Shown here: positions 14,057 to 27,900 of the stretch, piece after piece
Numbering within the stretch: the first letter of the stretch is position 1
How the letters are laid out: each line of letters opens with the position of its first letter
Assembly (NCBI RefSeq): GCF_964355755.1
Contig: NC_092671.1
Coordinates: 27,168,070-27,232,069, forward strand
Length of the DNA stretch: 64,000 bases
Reading direction: 5' to 3'
From: Antedon mediterranea
Lineage: Eukaryota; Animalia; Echinodermata
The notes under the pieces: model-generated
Database searches by the model: none
The model's input: only the letters and a program-made list of their open reading frames with translations
Told to the model about the DNA's origin: nothing
Position numbers and translations under genes: made by a program

Positions 14057-17000
14057 GTAAATAATGTGAAAACACATACACAAAAACATTAATAATTTAT
14101 TTCAATGATACATGTAATACAGTACATTTAGCCTAAGTACTTACATTGATACATGTAATACAGTACATTTAGCCTAAGTAATTACATTAATAAACTTGCA
14201 CTTTTGCATTATTGGCGCAGTCAAATTATGAACAAATGAAACACAAGGACTTTGTATTGGCGGAAACATCAAAGAACAAACTGATTGATCTCACTTGTAT
14301 AAATTGAGCATTATTAAAATAGAAATGTTTCTATTTTGATTATTACATTGTTCCGAGGAAAACTCCTAAAGCTATGTTAATCTCCCTAATTTTATGCAAG
14401 AGTTTATTATTGTAGTACGTCATGATTGGCTACAGTTTAGGTCATCTACATCATAGCCAATCACTGGACTTTAGAAAATTAAAACTGACGGCAAGAGACA
14501 TGGTATGTTTGATCTCAAATTGATATAGGGCCTGTCCAACATATGTTTCATTTTTCTATATTCAATAATACACAGAGTAGCAACAATGCTTTTGTAGCAG
14601 ACCTACCACATAGCGTTTAAACAATTCAACATTTACTTTTAATTTGATTATTTATACATCCTCTATATATCTCTTTATTTAACCTCACATTAACAGGTTT
14701 TTTTTAACTTCTTTTAAGAAAGTCAGCAGTAATATAGAGTTTATGTCAACAAATCTAACTAGCAAAAGAAATTTTTTAATTAACTTAATTAATTCAAGTT
14801 AAATTTACAGAAAATAGCAGATCAAAGCTATTGAAAAGAATTAATATTTTTTTATATTTACTTCAAACAAAAAAAGAAAATTAACTCCTATTTTTATTAG
14901 GATCCAAATGAAATTAAAGTTAAGTAGTGCAGAAATTTTAACTAGCAAATATAAAAAATCTATGAGCAAATTTCTAGGTTTGCTCATCCCATGTGAGTTT
15001 GTTATAGTGGTCGTACGAGTGTCTATTCAGTTTTTTTAATTTGGAAATTGACATCCATAGTCATCAACAAAAAGAACAAAAAGTCAAACAGAATAAGTTT
15101 TTTTATTGATCCTTTCGGAAATTCATATAAAAATATGGATATTATTTAAATTATTCACAAAAAATAAATATAACAGAAAAAATTACAAAATGTACAAAAC
15201 AAGAAGACACAGAAACATTAAAGATGAATAAAAAAGATAAACAAATAAACAGGTAATCATTGCATTCAATTATTTGTAATTTTTTTATTAAAAAGTCAAA
15301 TGTCCTGTGGTATGATGGAGAGAAGATACCGGTCGGTGTGAGAGTTCAGTGTCCAAAAGTGACCACTGCCGACTATGTAAAGGTAGTTAATTTTAATGTC
15401 CTTTAAAATAGATTGAAATATTCTGGACACTAACTAGCAAGTACTAACTACCCACTCATCCTTCCCAACAACACTTCTCTTGATGTCTGTTTAATTTAAT
15501 GTAACAAAAGCTATCAATATCCAAACAATAAAAGTCATCAATTAGATTATAAATTGAGATTAATGGTTGACTGTTCAACTCTATTTTAAACAGCTATAAC
15601 AAAATGTCTTTCTATAGTCATAGTTTTGTCTCTTAATGCCAATTTACACAGGGTGATAACGTCAAGCAGTAAACAGTAAGCGGTAAATATACAATGCAAT
15701 ATAACAATGTTATTTCTTATGACCATTTAAATAAAATGTGGAGCTGATGGGCCGTTGAGCAGAAACTCACTCAGGATATATACAGATTCTACCTGGGACA
15801 AGCCATGCTCTTTTCTGTTTACCGTTATCGATTGTCTGTATGTTGACCTTTACTGTATACATGTCCCTTTGTAACAAAATAATATCACATCACATGATTT
15901 TCTAATGTCGTAGTTTTGTCCCTCACTATATACATACGAAATAACATCACATATTGTACCTTACTTTACACATGTCCCATATACGGATTGATCAGGGAGA
16001 TCTAAAACACTTAATGCTTTTACCATAAACAACTTTAAATTAGATTTTAATCTTGACTGATTAATACACTTCTAAAATGTTTATTCAAAAATCAGTTTAT
16101 TCTGAATTTCATCTTCAGAATACTAAAAACTATATTTTTATATCTGGTGAATTGCAAGCAATAATGTTGTCTATTGTGAACATTGACTTTGTGGCAGTGG
16201 CAGAAACGCTATTGCGGATATGGCGCTATATAAATCTCCATCCTTATCACAAGGTAGCTTTTGATTTGTGACAAGCAATGACCAACTACGCATTAGTTAG
16301 TTCATTGTGTGCATGCAGGAATAATGGCAAAGTTTGGTCATAGGTCCTCAATCATCGCAAATCAAAAACTATATTATAGGTCCTTAACGTTTTTGTTTGC
16401 CTAAATACTGGGTGCTCTGATAGAACAGTCTTGACTGAAGAGGTCCCCTAGTAAAAAGAATAAATAATAAATATATCTGAGTTCTAATGGATAATTTGGA
16501 GAATATGTGTTGACAGTAGATCTTTCTTTTGCTTTTTAAATAATTTCAACTTTATTACGCTCACATACAAAAATAATTATCACTGGCTAATACAATTTTT
16601 ATGACACTTTTTACATTTTTGCTAAAAATTATATGTTTAGAAGGTACAGTCAGTTATGGATGGGGTTATGTATTGTTTCATTATATACCAAGGTCATTTT
16701 GCATTTCAACACTTTGGGTTGGGCTTTACACCCCAGAATGAATGAATATACAATTCAGTATTTAGGGAAACATTTATTTTAAATATATAGCTATGCTACA
16801 TGACATCCCCTTTTGTCTCACTAGTATCCTGGCTTTGTCAACCACTCTCACCAGCACTATCCCCTTCCCCACTCTCCTATATCCCTGACTGGCAATGGGA
16901 CTATCAGACTGGACAGTTACTATGTGGTAAGATAAATGGCATCCACTCCTGCTGTGAATGACGCCTTGTTGTACAGCTCCATCCTAGCGTCCGTCTTGAA

Positions 17001-17205
17001 CACCCTGCATTTTGATTTCCCAATGTCATATTGAATGAATTAAACCGATCCTCACTAGATTCCATCCCTCAGAATGATATGTTTTTACATGAATATGCAT
17101 TTATAATGGTAACAAAATACAAGAAAGCTGACTTATTTTCTAAATATCACCTTAACCTAACCCTCTAAATAATAGAAGAAAAATGATATTTATTTTACAT
17201 TTTAG

Positions 17206-17324
17206 CCACCCAACAAAAAGAGAAAGAGTTTTTAACCCAACTAGAGAATATGCAAAGCAGAACACTACCTGCTATGCCATTGACTGCTCAACACAAACTT
17301 CTGCTTAATATTATGTCATTCTAG
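17206..17324 (+). CDS. Candidate alternative terminal exon of the neurabin-like gene
   Basis: ttttacattttag acceptor; open in phase 1 (matches the exon ending at 14056): ATQQKEKEFLTQLENMQSRTLPAMPLTAQHKLLLNIMSF-TAG. Confidence 0.4.
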
Positions 17325-19982
17325 TTAAGTTATCGATATGCATATTCATGTACACATTTTGCGGGATGGAAATTAGTTCTGAATGAAGTCCGTTTTCCCA
17401 TAAAATATTTTATGCTATAAAAGAGTACAATTTTGTAGTGAATTTCGAATTAGACACAGAGGCATGGCATAATTTAAATTATTGTATTTTTTAAAAAGGT
17501 GAAACGCCATTGAAAATGCAATATCATAACCCCAGCTGTGTTTATGCTTAGTGGGGCATAGTAGTAGCCTATGGGGTAGTGATAATGATACCCCTGACTT
17601 TTTATACATGCTGGTCCAATGTTTGGCTTTATAAACTTTATATATTTTTTTAATAACTATAAAACTGTACCAATGGCATAACAATTTTATGGAAAGATAG
17701 AATTTAATTGCACTTTTTCTTCTTGTCACAAACTCATCTCATTTTTAGCATCAGTTGCCGTGCCAACACACTTAAATAATAGTTTGATTACAGTCGTTCA
17801 GTCATTTTTTTTTTTTTAAATCACAGATTTCCTTATTTCTGCACTTTTGCATGGCATCTATTGATTTCAGCATTTGTCACTCTATTTCTGTTTTAACCTC
17901 TATGAACTACAGTAGAACATCTATTAAGCATTAGGCCATAATTTAAAACATTATAATATTGTTTCATGTGAAAGTTTCCCCTAAATAGGGTGTCTGAAAG
18001 AAGGTGTTCCACTGTAGTTTGTTTTTTCCCATTTTGTTTGCATATTCTGTTGTACCTACATAATTTTTAATATTCTATTCTCGTTATTGCATACACCTGT
18101 ACATGCCTGTTTTATTGACTAACTTCATATTGTTGTACAATGAATGTAAGAGTACAGTTGAAATAGCAAATGAAAACGTTCAAACCATTGTACAAATGAA
18201 AAATATTTAATTGAAAATATAAATAGTTTTTGGTCAATTTGCTGGAATAACAACTTTTTGTGTAGTGTTAACAGCATTCAGCTAGGCCTATCAAACTCTG
18301 ATGAGTCGCGTCATGGCTGATGTTCCCCACAGTGTTGGATATTAAAGAGCCTTTGATTTGCGATGATTGACAACCTATGAACATGCTGGTCAGGAGAATC
18401 CATGTGTCGTTAAACATCAAAAAGTTGAGGAGCAGGGAAATGTCCCAATTTCACAATTTTGTCATATTAGGGAAGTTTCGATTTGCAGTGACTAAACTAT
18501 GTAATGTAAATTTATTGTGCGCATTCTGAAATATTAGGGCGCGTGTCCTCGATACAGGTTTGATAACCGACGACATATAGATTGCCGTGAGCTAGGTTGG
18601 TTGTCGCAATGGAAAACAACGCAGCGTTATCAAATATCTAAAACATAAACCAAACTCTCTCAATAACTCCTCCACATAGTAAACTATAAAACAAATGCAT
18701 CAAGCTTAAACCATTGCATCTAAGCAATATACTATAGGGTTTAAAGCAAGTGCCACACAAAAATAAAAAAATGTTTCGAAGCGACATACATACAATACAT
18801 GCATATTAAGTGAAAAGATTATTCTTTGCATGATTATGTTCTGGCCATCCGCAGAATTATCTTTTTACTCGATAAACACGTAGGCTTGCAAAACGTCTTG
18901 AAAACGAACATTTGCTAATGATATGTTGCATGACACAGTCTATTGATTTATGAATCAAATACATAATAAAATGGATTAAACATCCACTGATCAATACTCT
19001 AGTATGCAAATGACAAGGATCTATGTAGGTTTTGTATAATAACAAGATATTATATTCCTAGATTAATAATATCAGCAATTTTTATGATAGCAATTTTAGC
19101 ATGATAAATAGTGTTTAAGATAGCATGTCATCCATAATCTTCAAATTTAGTTTGAAATTAAAGAGTGAATTCATGTTTTTGTTAGTCAAATCAGGTTGAT
19201 AGTGAGTCTAAATTGCTTGAATAAAAAAATAAATGTAATACACCTGTATCAAATTCTTCATTAACTTTGTTTTCCAAATACCTAATTAAAGAAACTTTGG
19301 TTTATCGAGTTGCAAATTATAGCCTGGACATTTTTTGTTTTATTTCTAATTCTTCACTTTAATATTAGACATTTTAAAGTGCAAGAAATTAAATAAATTG
19401 ATAATAATAATAATAATAATAATTCAATTTATGTTTAAGTTTAAAATAATTGTATGTTTTCATTCTAGAACGATTTATTTCAACTTATCTGCTTTCCCAG
19501 AATAAATGAAACAAAAAAACAATTATATATTTTTCCCCATGCTTTGTGATGTTTCAGCAGCATACCTGAAGTTAAGCTTGGTATTTCTTTCTATTACTAT
19601 TTTGCAAAAGTCCATTAGCACTCCTAATAGGCAGAAAAAATGTACGGATACGTCACACACACACATTTTCGTAAGCCAATAAAAATCTGTTTTGCATGGC
19701 AACGAAATATTAAGGGCGCCGTCCAAAATGTGCAAAATAGATCAAAAACTATACTCGTTTTGTAGTTACGAATATTTGACTATTCGTCAACAGGAATACG
19801 CTTCACAAATATGAAATGGAATGAAATGGCGATCAGCTCAAAAGTTTCACAAATGTGTGATGTTTTCATTATTGTATTCGTAGCGTTGCGAAACCTCCCA
19901 ATTATTGTGTTATGTTTGTAAAAACAAGGTATCCAAAGTTTTAAATGTCTTAATTGTGTTGTTTCCAACTTATCTTTATCAG

Positions 19983-20110
19983 CATCATCCCCTGTAAAAC
20001 CTTCTGAGAGTTTCTCAGATGAGGGATCATCAACTGCTGATGAATCAGCTAGGAGTTGTCGCACTGAACTAGAAAAAAATCTGGAATCAAAACTTGAAGG
20101 TGCTTATAAT
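19983..20110 (+). CDS. PPP1R9A: Neurabin-like exon
   Basis: tctttatcag acceptor, gtaagt donor; ASSPVKPSESFSDEGSSTADESARSCRTELEKNLESKLEGAYN; phase 1 to 0. Confidence 0.78.
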
Positions 20111-20850
20111 GTAAGTAATAGTGCTTTTGCATCGGGATGGTAATTTATTAGCGCATGCATATAAGCCTAGTATATTTCGTTCCGACTTCCTTTGGTCGAA
20201 TTTGTTCGGTCGTTCCATCTCATACATGCCACCAATGTACAGGGTCTGTGTTCGGTCTTTCCTTCTCAAACACGCCCACCAATGTACAGGGTCTGTGACC
20301 TAAGGTTACGGAAGAGGTTGACCGTTGTCACTTGTGTCCAAAATCAATGTTTACAACTGTCACGCTCTGTTATATTACTGTCCCCTTTTGTTTAAAATTA
20401 AATTACCTGGGGTACATTAAATTAAATAACTGATTATGTTTACATTGAAAAAATAAAGATTATTTTTAATAAGCATATTATATTGATTTTATAAAAAAAA
20501 TTAAATACAAAAGGAGGAATAGAATAGAGTAAGCGATGAACATTATAAATTCATTTTAACTGTGTTTTTTTTTTGTCAATTTTGAAATACCATAATTTAA
20601 GTAAGGTGAAATAAAGTGATTTATGGAAAAAAAATCTATAAATTCTAAATTGATAACCGAGCATGAACCTAAGAAGATAATCTGTTTCATAATTTACAAA
20701 ACATAATTTTGTATAGCATAATACTGGAAAAGTAGGGTTTGTCAAGCTAGTTTTTCTATCTTCTGTAATGCCAAACAATAACATCATTTCAAATAAAAAT
20801 ACCAAATATGGTCATCTTAAATAAAACTCTGTTTATTTAAATACATACAG

Positions 20851-21018
20851 GATGAAGAATTGGGTTCTCTGTTACCGGGAGCTGGTATGTTAGATATAAG
20901 CAAAGAGAAGTCTAAAATCCAGCTTATAAACAACAGCAGTTTAGCAGGACGAAAAAGACCAACAAAATCAATTATATCTGCTACAAGTGGTAGTGATATT
21001 TGGGAAACTACTGAACTT
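20851..21018 (+). CDS. PPP1R9A: Neurabin-like exon
   Basis: atacag acceptor, gtaagc donor; DEELGSLLPGAGMLDISKEKSKIQLINNSSLAGRKRPTK..., resembling the neurabin LD..K.RAQL....R.RP segment. Confidence 0.85.
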
Positions 21019-21869
21019 GTAAGCTTTACTCTTTTTTTTAATTATTAAAGTGTATATTTATTCTAATAGGAAGAATTTATCAGAATGTATATATTTATTT
21101 TACGGTAGAAATTTCATTAAACATTGATTTAAATTCATTTGGGTTTGCGTTTACCCGTATAGTGGACGCGAACTACCTATTTGTGACTTTGTTAAGACCT
21201 TTCTGTGACCTAATTGTAGGTAGAGAAAGTGGCAGACTGAATTCAGCATGCGATCGTCACAATGAAATTTGTTTACATTTGACGCAAAAATCTGCCTTTC
21301 TAACTTTGTCAAATGGCTAAAGGGATTAAATTAAAGCCTTTAAAATGTTTCCCAACTTCAATGGGGTAAGTATCGGTTGTGTATGGTTTAGAAGGAGATA
21401 TACTAACAATTTTCAGGTTAGTGATATTGTGTGAACCAAGAACATATGATATTTTTTCCTGATATTACCTTTATTAATTAGAATATGAGGCAGTCAGCGC
21501 CACATTTAACATGGCATGTTTATGTACCATTTTTTGTACTTTCTTTATTACATTGTTAATAAGAAACTTCAAATTAATGTTAATGACTTATAATTTGCTG
21601 AAATACTCATGATCATTAACTTAATTGAAATTAATATTGCTGTAGCTGTGTCAAATTAAACAAAGTACAGCTACAACCTTTAATTATCTCTCTGACCAAT
21701 CCAATTTTGTTAAAGAAAATTGTAATAATAACGATTCATTGACATACACCATTTATGTGAGCGGTGTAAAATAGTATATAATAGTATAAAAACATAAAGC
21801 TATTAAACATAACAGAAAGCACAACTAATTTACAATAAGATATAGAAACAATTATACCAACGAGTCCCA

Positions 21870-22465
21870 AGTGGAGCTGTAGCTTGGAGGTTACTTACTC
21901 CTTACCATTGCAATCTCAAGGTGAATGGTTCAATCCTGTCCTGGTGTTAGGGTTGTAACTCATGACTCTGTTACTACACTCTCTTAGCCTCAAATAAGAC
22001 TTATCAAATAGTTTATCCATTCCTGTAATTGGCGAGTTCCTCGCTGTTGGATGTATGTAATTTTTTTTAAACTGTTCCCAGCTTCAAATAGCACATTTGA
22101 AACAGTTTTATTTTGTTCTTAGAACCCACCTTTTTTATTGTAAGCGCTGTGAGACATTAATATAATAAAAGTTTAAAAATATTATTAAACAATACTTTAT
22201 ACCTTATTTGGCAACAGGTTAATAATAATCTTTCCTATAATAGCGCTTATTGCACAATCCTTCCAGATGCTTCACACTAATCCGGCCATTTATTGGATCA
22301 AACATATGTATGAAAACATACTACAGTACCATAAAGCAGCAGCTAGTAATTAGCGCAATTGTGTTTTAAACCATTTTTTAAACCTGGGTGGAGAGAGGCA
22401 AATGTAAAGTATCTTGCCTAAGAATGCAAGCAATGCGACGAGCTTTGGATTCAAACATACACAGC
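21870..22465. mobile_element. Two decayed tail-to-tail SINEs
   Basis: Plus copy has a B-box-like ggttcaatcc and tail tgtaagcgctgtgagaca; minus copy has tatagcgc...aacctgggtggagagaggc...gtatcttgcc (CORE/L2-tail-like). Confidence 0.4.
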
Positions 22466-23592
22466 CCTCATTATTATCTGCAAATTAATAGGCTTTTATG
22501 TTCTCCCCATTAGCAGCAGTACATTGATTCTGAGCACACTGTTTACTAGAATGTAATGCACAAAACACTTTACATACATGCTTTGTACTATTTGGCTTAA
22601 CTTTAATGGTTTTAAGATCCGAGTGAATTTAAGGATATATAGCTTTGATTAATTTACCACTTTTTAAGTTATTCTGCGTCATAGTAAATGTAAATTGTAA
22701 TCCAGTATGTAGATTGTTCAGTTTTCGTTTATTGTCGTTTACATAGATATGATTATCATTTTCAACTTTGATATTCCTAATTCACTTCACATAAAGGAAT
22801 ATGTCATAACAGATGATTTGTATGTTATATCAAAAGGAAAATTAATGAAATAAGAATAACAATGTTGTCATGTGACTTATCCAAAAAAAAAAACATTTTT
22901 AGTTTGTTTGCAAATATTTTTTAGGTTTATGTATACAGACATTCTAACCTTCCAGATTTTCCTGTGAGCCTCTCGAATTTTCATCCAAATCTCCTGAAAT
23001 GTCGGTTTTAGATAAAACTATTTTTCAAAACCCATTTTTATTGTCTTAATTCTGGTTTTTAGAAGGTTTATTTTGGTATTTAATACATAATTTCATACTT
23101 TTTATTCACATTGTTTACCTAAGAGTTTCAAATGCAAAAAATCTGTTAATTAATTCTGTTTGGATTTGTTAACAAATAGACCTTCCGAAAATGGTTAACT
23201 TGGGGTTTAGAAAGTCTGATTATTGATTACAGAATTTCTATTTTATCAAACTATTGAAATAAACACTATTTTGGTTATTGTATTTAGTTTGTTAAATAGA
23301 AATTGTCAAATTCATTTGATACCACAGACCTGAAGAACAATTACAATCATATTTATGTATATTTCATTAAATACAATGAAACTGATGGTGACTAGTGTAT
23401 TCATTGTATTTGTAAATAATAAAATAAAAAATAAAATAATTATTATTATTTGATCTCTTTGTAACATTTGTTATTCTGTGTCCTGCATGCATTCAATTCC
23501 ATGATTATATTTGAACTGATTTTCTGAGAACTAGTTTAGTATGAAGTAAGTTATAGTTTATTAATTAGGGAATTTTCTAATTATTTTTATAG

Positions 23593-23735
23593 GAGGAAGA
23601 AACGCATGTTGTGACACAGGAAGAAGTGAAAGTAGAATCTGCTGGTATTAATCGAGATGCAAAACAGAGGCTGGCTCAAGAATTGGAATCAAAATTAAAA
23701 CCGCTTGAACCTCCAATCAGAACTAAACGAGAAAG
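23593..23735 (+). CDS. PPP1R9A: Neurabin-like exon
   Basis: tttttatag acceptor, gtagtt donor; EEETHVVTQEEVKVESAGINRDAKQRLAQELESKLKPLEPPIRTKRE; phase 0 to 2. Confidence 0.8.
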
Positions 23736-24564
23736 GTAGTTTTCTTTGACTTATAGTTCAAAATACTCAAATACCAAAACAGAGATTTAGTCATTATAGT
23801 CAGAGTATCTTTATTTGTCCATTTAAAAATTAAAAGAAATTTGGTAAGAAAACTGGCATATCATATAAACAGTAAAAATTACACAGAAAAATTGCACCAA
23901 TTTATACTATGTTTCTAGTAATAAATGAATATGATATTTCTATTATTTTTATTAAAGTGCAAATGATTGGAACTGAAAAACAGTACAGATATTATCTTTT
24001 AATACCTTCCTGTCTAATTACTGCTATTATGAAGTACGATGTTCGTACGTTACTGCTGTTTACCAGCAAGGCCTAGAAAACTAAGCCTAGGCTATGACTA
24101 AAGACTGTTCATTTGATTCGATCTACTTTAGGTAGTGCATTGTTTCTATCTTTTTATCATAATTTACCCTAAAACGTACATTTAAGACAAGGAATGACCT
24201 GGTTTAATGCTTTTAAAGTAATATATATATGCATTATTTATACAAAACGTGAAAAAAACGTAGGGAATGGGACTTTAATAACCCTTGAACAATTGAGGGG
24301 GCTATATAAATGTTTCTATTTCTGAGTGCACATGGTTTTGGTGGTAGAACATGTATTCTCCAATAATACACAGGTGCATTGTTTGTAGACAAAATGCTTG
24401 TTGTTCACTTTAAACAAACCATTACATCTTTTGAGTAGTGGGTTACCCCAGTGTACTAATATTGTCTTTATTTTCACATTTTAAGCAGTTTCATAACTTT
24501 AGTTGGAATGTTCTTTTGGTATTTTGTGCTTACTTAAGAAGTTGAAGTGTGCCACAAAATTGCC

Positions 24565-24744
24565 TGTTACATTATTGTACTAAATAATTAATATGATCTT
24601 CTAGAAGATATAGAGGGCGGACGAGAGACACGAAGTTGTTATGGAGACACGACTTTTTGAGCTGAATAAAATAACAGTCTTTACTTGTATTTACATCTGT
24701 CTCTAGTTTAAGTATCTATAACATATTGAAAACATAACATAACA
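24565..24744 (+). repeat. 5' LTR
   Basis: Direct repeat of 29132-29311; contains AATAAA. Confidence 0.97.
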
Positions 24745-24929
24745 TGGTGACCCCGACCAAAGGACAGGAGAATTAATCAAGATTCCTTTGCGTAAAATAA
24801 CGAGAAAGTCAGCTAGGCTAGCTAACCCCTGCACCGCCGACAGAGCGCCGAGAGAACGTTGCAGTGAGGCGTCCAACAAGTAAAAACGTGAAACCGTGAG
24901 TAGCGTTGTACAACGACGTACACCATATC

Positions 24930-27900
24930 ATGGCTTACGCAATCCCACCGCCAAAGGCAATGACCTTTGCGGTAAGCGGTAACCTAGAGAAGGCTTGGAT
25001 AACTTTCAAGGAGGCCTGGGTAGATTACAGAATTGCTGTAGGCCTTGACAAAAAGAACACTAACATTCAAATTGCTACACTAAAATCAATCATGGGAGAT
25101 GACTTCCGTAAGAGACTAAAAACATTAGGGCTCACAGACGCAGAAATAACAGACCATGACACAATATTAGCAAAGTTAAGGAACATTTTAAGCCCACAAG
25201 GAATGTTCTATACGAACGGCACAGATTTTACACGGCAAAACAAGAAACTGGCGAGACCATCGACCAATATTTTGTCCGTCTAAGACAATTGGCAGAAGAA
25301 TGTAAGTTTGATACGAAAGAAGACGAGATGCTAAGAGACAAACTAGTAATAGGATGCTCTGACGCGGCTGCAAAAGCCAGAATCTTTCGTCTAAAAGACA
25401 AAAACACTGATCTGAAAACAACACTAGAAAGTTTGAGAATCAGCGAGGCAGCAGACAAGCAATTAAAAGCGTTGGATCACGAGACTAACAGCAAAGTAGA
25501 GGCAGTAAACTACAACAAGCCTAAATACAACAAACACAAAAAGCAAAACAAAAACACAAACGCATCTGGGAGCCCAGAGTGCCGAAACTGTGGAACGGTA
25601 CACAAACCGAGACAGTGTCCAGCGTATGGCCAGTCATGCAGAAAATGCGGAAAACGAAACCACTGGGCCAAGAAATGCTTGTCTGGGCAAAAGAACCCCA
25701 GACATGCGCATGAAATACAGACGACCGCAGATGACCTCGATGACCCAGCAAACTACGGGTTTGACCTTGACGTGATTAACATTGATACATGCGAAAGCAG
25801 ATCAACCAGAGGTGTAAAATACGCTGTCATAATAGTTAGAACCGACCACCAACAGAGCATACGCCTTAAAGCGAAAGTTGACACAGGTGCCGCGAAAAAT
25901 ATACTAAATCACAGCACATACAGAGCTCTATTTGGTCCCCGTCATCAAACTGAGAAATCGCCAGTAAACCTCACAGGCTATGGAAACATACCAATCAAAA
26001 GCCTTGGCAAAGCTTCAGCACGTAGTGTTGAACACAATCGGATGAAATTGAACAATGTGGAGTTTATCATAACCGAGAAAGGTAACAACTTGATCAGCCA
26101 TGATTTATGCTGCAAGCTAAACATTGTCCGATACCCATGTGAGAAAGAGCAAAACTGTTGCACAAACTTTGATATTGAAGTGTGAAAACATCACAACAAA
26201 AGAGCAACTCATTAAAGAAAATCACGAGACATTCAAAGGAGTAGGAAAAATCCAGAATGAATACGATATCGAACTAACACAAGATGCGCAACCAACCATA
26301 AAGCCAGCCCGAAGAACGCCAGAGGCACTGAAGATACCGCTACGCAATGAGCTAAACAGATTAACTGACCTAGGAATCATAAAGGAAGTGCGAGAACCAA
26401 CGGACTGGGTCAGTAACATCGTACTCGTAACAAAACCGAACGGAACACTCCGTATTTGTTTGGATCCTCATGACCTCAATAAGGCTGTGAAAAGACCACA
26501 CTACTACGCGAAAACCTTAGATGACATACTCCCAGATCTGCGCGAGGCGAAATACTTTTCAACGCTAGACCTCCGAAGCGGGTATTGGAATATACCACTT
26601 ACCAACAGATCACAACTATTGACAACATTCAGTACAATTTACGGGAGATTTTGTTTCACAAGACTACCGTTCGGACTGATATCTGCACAAGACGTTTTCC
26701 AAGTGGACCTAGATTGCATATTTGGCAATATTCCTAATGTCTTCTGCATCAAAGATGATATCTTAATAGCAGCCAAAACCAGTAATGAACATGAGAAGGC
26801 CATACAAGATGTCATGAAAGCATGTAGAAAGGAAAACATCAAACTAAACCCTGATAAGTGCCAAATTAACAAGCGAAACGTCAAGCAAGGACATGTACTC
26901 AGCAAAGAAGGAATTGCACCCGATCCAGCAAAGGTAACAGCAATACAGAACCTAAAAGCACCTGCCAACAAACAGGAATTGCAATCGCTCTTGGGACTAG
27001 TACAATATCTGTCCAAGTTTGCGAAGCTGAGCCATCTAACAGAGCCTATAAGGAAGCTCCTACAGAAGGATGCAGTATATGAATGGACACCGAGCCATGA
27101 CAAAGCGCTCGACAACATAAAAGACGCCATCATAAACACTCCAGTCCTCACTTATTTTGATGCCAGGAAAGAGATCACAATCCAATGTGATGCAAGCATG
27201 AAAGGCCTATGAGCAGTGCTCATGCAACAAGATAAACCAATACATTACGCATCAAAATCGCTCCTGCAGAGAAAAATTACAGTAACATTGAGAGAGAAGC
27301 ACTAGCTGTCATAAGGGCCATAAAACACTTCAGATATTATGTGTTTGGACGCGAATTCACAATCTGCTCTGATCACAAACCATTAGAAGACATCGCCAAG
27401 AAGGACATCTCAAAAATTTCAAGCAGACTCCAACGACTGATGCTGCAAATGCAGGATTACAAAGGCACAATCAAATATGTACCAGGCAAAGAAGTCCCGA
27501 TAGCAGACTGCCTCTCGCGCTGCATAGACACTAATCAGAGAACATTTCAAATTCCTGATCTTGATGTCCAGATTAACGAACTGACTGATACGAAATTATT
27601 CGTCTTAGATAAAATAAAAGAAGCAACCGCAGCAGACAACATGCTACAAGAACTCAGCAAAATTATACTGAATGGCTGGCCAAACGAAAAAAACCAGTGT
27701 AACGAAACTACACATGCGTATTGGCAACATAGATACGAACTAGCGATACACGATGGTATAATTCTCAAAGGCTCCAGAATCATCATACCAAAATAGATGA
27801 GACCAAGAATCCTAAACATACTCCACAAACAACACCAAGGAACTGAGAAGACCAGACTGAGAGCCAGACAATCAGTATACTGGCCAGGAATTAACGCAGA

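Noticed and set aside
18298-18330. Second hammerhead candidate CTGATGAGTC...
   Set aside because: No GAAA box follows the possible stem II, and no stem I partner was found.
18468-19901. Possible TIR element (tagggaagtttcg / cgaaacctcccaa)
   Set aside because: The match is short with mismatches and no convincing TSD; too weak to list as a feature.
26124-26185. Programmed ribosomal frameshift between PR and RT
   Set aside because: No clear slippery heptamer. The position after the protease is atypical, and the element has several other disabling lesions.
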